This document shows, one piece after another, positions 25,942-32,000 of a DNA stretch of 32,000 bases. How positions within the stretch are numbered: the stretch's first letter is position 1; every line of letters starts with the position of its first letter. The stretch is from Mycolicibacterium smegmatis (lineage in GTDB: Bacteria; Actinomycetota; Actinomycetes; Mycobacteriales; Mycobacteriaceae). A program made the translations under genes and the position numbers. A model generated the notes under the pieces. The model saw nothing but the letters and a program-made list of their open reading frames with translations, did no database searches and was not told the origin of the DNA. The stretch lies in the NCBI RefSeq assembly GCF_001457595.1, contig NZ_LN831039.1, forward strand, positions 390,001-422,000, read 5' to 3'.

Positions 25942-26943
25942 ATGTCCGAAATCAGCAAAGAATGCCGGATGTGTGGGTCCGCGGGACCACATCGGACGGT
26001 CACCGTCCGCGAGATGTATTACGGCACCCGCGAACTGTTCGAGTACTATGTCTGCGCCGACTGCGAGACGCTGCAGATCGTGGATGTGCTCGAAGGTGAG
26101 GAACTCGCTCGCCACTACCCGCGGAAGTACTACTCGTACAACGCTTCCCAGGGGGCCGGTGTGCTCCAGTGGTTGACCAGACAACGAGATCGTCATGACC
26201 TGGGCGAGGGCACACAGCCAGTCGGTGCCCTCATCGCCGCTCTGCCGCCTGGCATTCGCTCGCTCATCGGCACAAACGACGCGAGCGGTGATGTTGTCGG
26301 GATGCTCGGTCAGTTGGGTGTGGGGCGTGAGGCGCGGATCCTCGATGTCGGATGTGGCGGCGGTGCCCTACTCGACCGGTTGGCGAGAGCGGGCTTCCGT
26401 AACCTGTTCGGGGCCGATCCCTTCGTCGATGCGGACACCACCACATCAATGGGTGTGCCGATCGCCAAACAGTTCATGGAGGACGTGGCCGGCGAGTTCG
26501 ATGTGATCATGTTCAACCATTCGCTCGAACACGTACCGGACCCGGTTTCGACTTTGAAAGCCGCGCGCGCCCGGCTCGCGTCCGGTGGTATCTGTGTGGC
26601 ACGGGTGCCCACGACGTCTTCGGAAGCGTGGGATGTCTACGGGAAGAACTGGTGTCTGATCGATGCGCCCAGGCACACGGTGGTGCCGTCACGGCGTGGA
26701 ATGGCGCGGGCCGCCGAAGCGGTCGGTATGCAATTGGAGCGGACGATCGACGATTCGAATGCGTCCCAGTTCTTCGGCAGCGAGATGTACCGCACCGACA
26801 CCGCACTGACCGAGGCCGGCGGCTTCGGCTATCTCTTCAAGACTTTCGGCGTGAAGCGCGTCTGGGACTGGGAGCGACGTTCGATCGCGCTCAACCGGCA
26901 AGGACGCGGCGATCAGACAGGGTTCATCCTGCGCGCGAGATGA
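25942..26943 (+). CDS. SAM-dependent methyltransferase with N-terminal CxxC...CxxC zinc-type motif
   Basis: CRMCGSAGPH...YYVCADCETLQIVD; REARILDVGCGGGALLDRLARAGF; IMFNHSLEHVPDPVSTLKAARARLASGGICVARVPTT. Confidence 0.85.
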   Translation: MSEISKECRMCGSAGPHRTVTVREMYYGTRELFEYYVCADCETLQIVDVLEGEELARHYPRKYYSYNASQGAGVLQWLTRQRDRHDLGEGTQPVGALIAALPPGIRSLIGTNDASGDVVGMLGQLGVGREARILDVGCGGGALLDRLARAGFRNLFGADPFVDADTTTSMGVPIAKQFMEDVAGEFDVIMFNHSLEHVPDPVSTLKAARARLASGGICVARVPTTSSEAWDVYGKNWCLIDAPRHTVVPSRRGMARAAEAVGMQLERTIDDSNASQFFGSEMYRTDTALTEAGGFGYLFKTFGVKRVWDWERRSIALNRQGRGDQTGFILRAR

Positions 26944-27040
26944 ATTCGGGGTAGGCCCGGATAGGATCCCCCCGGCCGCACGCCCTGTGGCGGGCACGTA
27001 TGTGCACAAACTGGAGAACATCGAAGGAAAGGCCTCGACC

Positions 27041-28123
27041 GTGGCAAAGTCCGTGCTCATCACTGGTGGAGCGGGGTTCATCGGCTCGTTGCTTTCACGT
27101 CGGCTCGTTGAAGCAGGTTACGAAGTCGCGGTGACCGATGTCTTCCTTCCCCAGGTGCACGGGGAGCGACGGAAGGCCGACCTGCCGTCGTCGGTCCGAC
27201 TGTTCACCAGCGACGTCACACATGCTCCTGACTGGGACGCCGTACTGCGGCTGTTCCGCCCGGATCAGGTGGTCCACCTGGCCGCAGAAACGGGTACCGC
27301 ACAGTCCCTTTCGCAAGCGACACGACACGGCTCGGTGAACGTCGTCGGCACCACCCAGCTCCTCGACGCGTTGAGCCGTGCCGACCTGGTGCCGGAGCAG
27401 ATCGTCGTCGCGTCGTCGCGGGCTGTCTACGGTGAAGGCGCATGGCGAAGCGGCACCGAGGTCTTCTACCCGAAACCACGAAGCCATGCCCAGCTGGCAG
27501 CAGGCATCTGGGACCCCGTGGGGCCCACTGATACCCCTGCGGTGCATCTGCCCAGCCGTGCGGGCGTGACCCAGCCTAGGCCGACGAACATCTACGGGGC
27601 CACCAAACTCGCCCAGGAGCACCTCCTGGCGGCTTGGACATCCGCGCATGACAGCGCGCTCAGTGTGTTGAGGCTGCAGAATGCATACGGCCCCGGCCAG
27701 TCCCTCACCAATCCCTACACCGGTGTTGTTCCGTTCTTCGCGCGGGTCTCACGTGAGGGGCGCGCATCGGAGGTGTACGAAGACGGCCTCATCATCCGGG
27801 ACCTCGTCTACATCGACGATGTCATCGACGCGCTCTTCGCCGCGGTGGACAGGCCTGCGGCAGAGTCGCGACACGTGGACATCGGCTCCGGTATCGGCGT
27901 CACGATCCATGATCTGGCGCGCAAGATCGCGGCGGCGTTCGACGCACCTGAGCCTGTGGTGGTCGGCAAGTTCCGCGACGGCGACATCCGGGCCGCGAGT
28001 GCCGACATCGAACCGGCGCAGCGGGAACTGGACTGGGCACCCAAGTGGGGACTAGACGACGGTCTCCGGTCCCTGCTGGACTGGATCAACGAACAACACG
28101 AGCTGTCCGCCCGCAACAACTGA
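27041..28123 (+). CDS. NAD-dependent sugar epimerase/dehydratase (extended SDR)
   Basis: KSVLITGGAGFIGSLLSRRLVEAGYEVAVTDVF; VVHLAAETG; IYGATKLAQEHLL (YxxxK); GPGQSLTNPYTGVVPFF; RDLVYIDDVIDAL. GTG start preceded by a GAAAGG RBS; the ORF extends to 26987. Confidence 0.87.
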   Translation: MAKSVLITGGAGFIGSLLSRRLVEAGYEVAVTDVFLPQVHGERRKADLPSSVRLFTSDVTHAPDWDAVLRLFRPDQVVHLAAETGTAQSLSQATRHGSVNVVGTTQLLDALSRADLVPEQIVVASSRAVYGEGAWRSGTEVFYPKPRSHAQLAAGIWDPVGPTDTPAVHLPSRAGVTQPRPTNIYGATKLAQEHLLAAWTSAHDSALSVLRLQNAYGPGQSLTNPYTGVVPFFARVSREGRASEVYEDGLIIRDLVYIDDVIDALFAAVDRPAAESRHVDIGSGIGVTIHDLARKIAAAFDAPEPVVVGKFRDGDIRAASADIEPAQRELDWAPKWGLDDGLRSLLDWINEQHELSARNN

Positions 28124-28197
28124 ATGTTCGCGTTGTCGGCCGCTGATGCGCTGACGGCGATCACTCACGGGAAATCGGCTGATCAGTGCCTTGGTTG

Positions 28198-28313
28198 ACA
28201 GGACGAATCAGGTTGCCAGTTTCGACCGCCGCGGGTGGCTTGCCCGGACGATGGCTGTGAGTACGGTTTTTCCTGCGCGAGGCTGGGATTCGCCCTACTA
28301 GGATTCGTCCTGT
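28198..28313. repeat. 12-bp perfect inverted repeat (ACAGGACGAATC / GATTCGTCCTGT) in the epimerase-acyltransferase spacer
   Basis: Arms at 28198-28209 and 28302-28313, 92 nt apart; extra GGATTCG copies nearby (28285-28330). Confidence 0.5.
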
Positions 28314-28376
28314 TTGATATTGAGGATTCGGCAGTGGTAGCTACCGTCGGATTCATCAGGCGGCGCGGGAGGATCC

Positions 28377-29474
28377 GTGCGGATGAAGGCGGGGACGATG
28401 AAGCTGGGGCAGGTTTTCGATCCGCGTAACAACGCGTTGAACGCCTTCCGCCTCGCATTGGCGGCAGAAGTCATTCTCTGGCATTCGTTCCCCATCACGG
28501 GCCGCATGCCCCCCGAACCCGTACTGCAGGTTCTGTTCTCGGTCGGTGTCGACGGATTCTTTGCCATCTCAGGGTTTCTCATCACGCGGAGCTGGTTGAC
28601 CAACCCCCAGATCCGTGACTACCTCCTCGCGCGTGCCCTACGAATCCTCCCCGGCTTCTACGTATGTCTCATCGTGACCGCCTTCGTGTTCGCGCCGCTC
28701 TATCTCGCGACCCACGGCGACTCGGTCGCCAAGGTGTTCGGAACTTCGGCGCCGTTCGAGTTCATTCTCAAGAACAGCGGATTGATCTATATCCAGCGTG
28801 ACATCGCGGGTACGCCCTACGACATCCCCGACCACATGGCCGGCTGGAACGCGTCGCTGTGGTCGTTGATCTGGGAAGTGATGTGCTACATCATCGTTGC
28901 GATCCTGGGGTTGATCGGGCTGGCCAAGCGGCGATGGACATCCGTGGTGATTCTGTGTCTCGCGCTGGTCGGCGCGAACTTGTTCCCGCCGCTCACCTTC
29001 CCCGGCGTGTGGACCATCCCCCAGCTCATGATGCGCTGCGCGATCATGTTCGCGGCCGGCGCGATGATGTATCAGTGGCGTGGCGTCATCCCGGCCCGAT
29101 GGTCCCTGGTTGCGGTGTGTGTGGTGATCGTGTTCGCGGCGGGCCTGATGCCCGACTACCGCATCCTCGGCGGCGTCCCACTGGCCTATGCCGTGATCGT
29201 GGCGGGCTCGCTCATCAAGGCCAAGCGGTTGAACCTCCGCACGGATCTGTCCTACGGCCTCTACATTTACGCCTTCCCGATTCAGCAGTTGCTCGCGGGT
29301 CTGGGGCTGGTGTTCCTCCATCCGGTGGCATTCTTCGCCGTATCCACAGCCGCCACGCTGCCTTTTGCCGCGCTGAGTTGGTTCATCGTCGAGAAGCGCG
29401 CCATGGCCCTCAAACACCGGGCCAGGATGAAGAGGGCGGCGACTTCGCCGCAGGTCGAACCTCAGCCTGGTTGA
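28377..29474 (+). CDS. Acyltransferase 3 family membrane protein (GPL Atf-like)
   Basis: NNALNAFRLALAAEVILWHSFPITGR, VGVDGFFAISGFLITRSWL, ALRILPGFYVCL; multi-TM. Confidence 0.87.
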   Translation: MRMKAGTMKLGQVFDPRNNALNAFRLALAAEVILWHSFPITGRMPPEPVLQVLFSVGVDGFFAISGFLITRSWLTNPQIRDYLLARALRILPGFYVCLIVTAFVFAPLYLATHGDSVAKVFGTSAPFEFILKNSGLIYIQRDIAGTPYDIPDHMAGWNASLWSLIWEVMCYIIVAILGLIGLAKRRWTSVVILCLALVGANLFPPLTFPGVWTIPQLMMRCAIMFAAGAMMYQWRGVIPARWSLVAVCVVIVFAAGLMPDYRILGGVPLAYAVIVAGSLIKAKRLNLRTDLSYGLYIYAFPIQQLLAGLGLVFLHPVAFFAVSTAATLPFAALSWFIVEKRAMALKHRARMKRAATSPQVEPQPG

Positions 29475-29648
29475 ACCGGACCGCTTCACGTAGGGTTCGC
29501 CGCGCACAGCAATTACCCTGCTCGTCAGAATGCGCTACGAGCGAAAATTTGCGAGCCGGCCATCTCCTCACAGTAGGCTGGCTGTCACCGCGCGGACCGC
29601 TCGTGCACAGCGGCCGGATTCGCTTGAGCAACAGAGGGAATCAATATA

Positions 29649-30461
29649 ATGCCTATGTTCCGGCCGGTTTTCCTGCCGAGGCCGCCGTTCATCTTCCGTC
29701 GGTACCCGTTCAAGGGTCGCAAACAAATGCTGGCCGCACTCGGCTCGGACCTGGCCCGCCCGGTGGTCATGCGACGAGACGATTCTCCTCCCGGGGAAAC
29801 AGCGATCGGGAAGATTTTCGACAAGTCCGAACATATCCACAAGCTGCGTCACTACCTGCCGATCTATGAACGCTTCCTGCCCGGAGCCGAGCGGATGCTT
29901 GAGATCGGCGTCGATCGAGGGGGATCCCTCAAGATGTGGCGAGAATTCCTGCCCGACACCACGATCGTCGGTCTCGACATCAACCAGAACTCCGCGCAGT
30001 TCGACGACCCGGAACGGGATGTCCACGTCCGGATCGGCGATCAGACCGACACGAGCTTCCTCAGCAGCGTCGACGACGAGTTCGGGCCGTTCGACGTGAT
30101 CCTCGACGACGGTGGCCATACGCCCAACCAGATGATCTCTTCGTTCCAGTTCCTGTTCCCGAGACTGAAGCCGGGCGGCGTGTACCTTGTGGAGGACGTG
30201 TGCGCGAACTACTGGATGGGTTATCGCGATCGTCCCGACACGTTCATCGACTTCACGAAAACGCTCATGGATGCCATACACGCGCCATACATGGCGCTGC
30301 GCTCACCATTCGACTTCATGGAGGAGCATCCAGATCGCGTCGACCACGTGCAGGTTCCGTTCGCGGCGACGATTGTCGACAGCATCCAGGTGTTCGACTC
30401 GGTGGTTGTCGTCCATCGGTCGAAGGAGCCGAAGCCGTTGCCGCGGACGGTGTATCGGTAG
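29649..30461 (+). CDS. Class I SAM-dependent methyltransferase (macrocin/Rmt-like O-methyltransferase)
   Basis: MLEIGVDRGGSLKMWREFLPDTTIVGLDIN; DVILDDGGHTPNQMISSFQFLFPRLKPGGVYLVEDVCANYW. Confidence 0.85.
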   Translation: MPMFRPVFLPRPPFIFRRYPFKGRKQMLAALGSDLARPVVMRRDDSPPGETAIGKIFDKSEHIHKLRHYLPIYERFLPGAERMLEIGVDRGGSLKMWREFLPDTTIVGLDINQNSAQFDDPERDVHVRIGDQTDTSFLSSVDDEFGPFDVILDDGGHTPNQMISSFQFLFPRLKPGGVYLVEDVCANYWMGYRDRPDTFIDFTKTLMDAIHAPYMALRSPFDFMEEHPDRVDHVQVPFAATIVDSIQVFDSVVVVHRSKEPKPLPRTVYR

Positions 30462-30687
30462 ACCCGACAACCTTCGGGTTTGCCGAGCTGGTCCTCGTTG
30501 TCCATTGAGCGTCGTCGGCGGATTCTTTGTCCGATCGCTGCGTTAGCTTGTCGGGTGTGCGTGTGGGAGTGTACTGCCCGAATTGCCGTGGCGGCAAGAG
30601 CAATCGGACTGGGCCAGGGAGTGCCGTGCGGTGAAGTTGCTGCAGCATCGGCGTTGTCTCCACGGCGAAGCGATGTGCCGCGGTGTT

Positions 30688-31488
30688 ATGGTTGCCGCCG
30701 TGCCGACTCGATTGTCGTTTCCCGCCCGTCTGAAGATGTTGGCCGTACGTGGCGAATATTGGCTCGCGCGCACCATTTTGCGGGACGTGTATTCGAACGA
30801 TGCGTTGATCACGTTCAATACGCATGCGTTCATGGAAGATCCGGATTTCCAGCGCGCGTACGAGCGCGGTGCGAAGGCACTCGGCGACATGGACTGGTAT
30901 CAGTGGCACTGGCGCGTGCACGTGGGGCTGTGGGCGGCAGCGAGTGCGAGCAAACTCGAGGGTGACTTCGTCGAATGTGGCGTCAGCTATGGCTTTCTGA
31001 GCAGCGCCATCATGGAGTACCTCGACTGGAACAGTCTCGAAAAGACGTTCTATCTTCTCGACACCTTCACCGGGTTGGATCCGCGGTACGTATCAGCGGT
31101 CGAGCGCGAATCGGGTGCCCTTGAGACGAGCGAGGCGCACCTGCGTGACGGTCTATATGTCGATTCCGTCGACAGCGTCCGCGCCAACTTCTCGGAATGG
31201 AAAAACCATCGGATCATCGTCGGTGCTGTCCCCGACACGCTCGATCAGGTCGATGCCGAAAAAGTGGCGTACCTGCACATCGACATGAACTGCGCGCCTC
31301 CTGAGGTCGCCGCGCTGCGCTACTTCTGGCCCCGCCTGACGCCCGGCGCGTTCGTCCTCCTGGACGACTACGCCAACAGGGGCCGTGAGGAGCAGCGCAT
31401 CGCCATGGACGAGGTCGCGAAAGAACTCGGCGTGATGGTCTGCACCCTGCCCACGGGGCAGGGGCTGATCATCAAACCGGCAGCCTGA
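30688..31488 (+). CDS. TylF-like O-methyltransferase (possible Rmt/Fmt homologue)
   Basis: EGDFVECGVSYGFLSSAIMEYLDW; TFYLLDTFTGLDPRYV; VAYLHIDMNCAPPEVAALRYFWPRLTPGAFVLLDDYANRG. The start at 30688 is inferred; the ORF extends to 30583. Confidence 0.8.
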   Translation: MVAAVPTRLSFPARLKMLAVRGEYWLARTILRDVYSNDALITFNTHAFMEDPDFQRAYERGAKALGDMDWYQWHWRVHVGLWAAASASKLEGDFVECGVSYGFLSSAIMEYLDWNSLEKTFYLLDTFTGLDPRYVSAVERESGALETSEAHLRDGLYVDSVDSVRANFSEWKNHRIIVGAVPDTLDQVDAEKVAYLHIDMNCAPPEVAALRYFWPRLTPGAFVLLDDYANRGREEQRIAMDEVAKELGVMVCTLPTGQGLIIKPAA

Positions 31489-31507
31489 CCGTCGGCACCG
31501 CGGGCCC

Positions 31508-32000
31508 TCAGACGATGTGAACCTGGGGTACGTAGACGATCCAGCGGCCGCCCTTCTCCTGGAAGAGTCGCTCCTTGCCCATGATCTCCTCTGCGTGATT
31601 CCACGCGAACAGCAACGCGTAGTCCGGGTACGGGTCGGCGAACGCATCGGGCGGGCAGACCGGGATCAGCGACATCGGCGTCACCCGCCCCTGTTTTTCC
31701 GGTGTCGAGTCGCAGACCATCGGCAGTAGGTCGGGGCCGATACCGCAGTAGTTGAGCACGGTGGCGCTCCTCGACGTCGCGCCGTAGCCGACAACGCGTT
31801 TACTGTCGGAGCGGAGTTTCTCCAGTAGGGATACCAGGTCTGTCTTGATGCGGCCGACCTCACCGGCGAACCGTTCGAACGCTTCCTCCCCGGCCAGTCC
31901 TTCGGCTTGTTCCTTCGCGAGAAGTTCTGACACCGCGGCGCTCGGCACCCTCGTCCCTCGCCGTGCCACGGTGTATCGGATCGAACCGCCGTGGAGCGGC
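31508..32000 (-). CDS. C-terminal part of a sugar C-methyltransferase (Methyltransf_14-like C-terminal domain); 5' end beyond right edge
   Basis: The reverse-strand frame is open to the edge: PLHGGSIRYTVARRGTRVPSAAVSELLAKEQ...KRVVGYGATSRSATVLNYCGIGPDLLPMVCDSTPEKQGRVTPMSLIPV, matching the HGGS-R-Y and GYGA...NYCGI...KQGR motif set of TylCIII/EvaC-type C-methyltransferases. Confidence 0.85.
   Translation of the reverse strand, partial: PLHGGSIRYTVARRGTRVPSAAVSELLAKEQAEGLAGEEAFERFAGEVGRIKTDLVSLLEKLRSDSKRVVGYGATSRSATVLNYCGIGPDLLPMVCDSTPEKQGRVTPMSLIPVCPPDAFADPYPDYALLFAWNHAEEIMGKERLFQEKGGRWIVYVPQVHIV

Noticed and set aside
1-32000. CRISPR arrays, tRNA/rRNA genes, transposases, prophage or integrase genes
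   Set aside because: No regularly spaced repeats, tRNA-like cloverleaf sequence or transposase/integrase motifs were seen by eye in any ORF. Formal scans were not possible.

Overview
High-GC actinobacterial chromosome segment. Gene content and order match the mycobacterial glycopeptidolipid (GPL) locus neighbourhood of fast-growing mycobacteria (M. smegmatis-like). From left to right: (1) the C-terminal ~730 codons of an SMC-like ATPase of the JetC/MksB/EptC (Wadjet/MksBEFG) type, cut by the left edge; (2) a fatty-acid block, htdX-like and fabG4-like (-) divergent from fadA2-like (+), with a perfect 7-2-7 palindrome between them; (3) a structured non-coding stretch plus a decayed luciferase-like oxidoreductase fragment; (4) a GlcD-type FAD oxidase with a partial GlcE-like tail, a two-HKD phospholipase D, and a GlxA/AraC-type regulator next to a Co-type nitrile hydratase operon (beta-alpha-activator); (5) mmpS4-mmpL4a-mmpL4b, where mmpL4b is split by an apparent +1 insertion in a C7 tract at ~18049-18055; (6) a small hemophore-like secreted protein, rmlA, a sulfotransferase and a Gap-like membrane protein; (7) a sugar/lipid decoration cluster: TylF-type methyltransferase, GT1 glycosyltransferase, zinc-motif methyltransferase, sugar epimerase, acyltransferase 3, two further methyltransferases, and on the opposite strand a C-methyltransferase cut by the right edge. 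The observations most worth follow-up are the mmpL4b frameshift, the sulfotransferase/C-methyltransferase content of a GPL-like cluster, and the Wadjet-like ATPase with no jetD directly downstream. I see no CRISPR array, tRNA, rRNA or intact mobile element. All product calls come from recognising protein motifs and gene order by eye; no database search was run.
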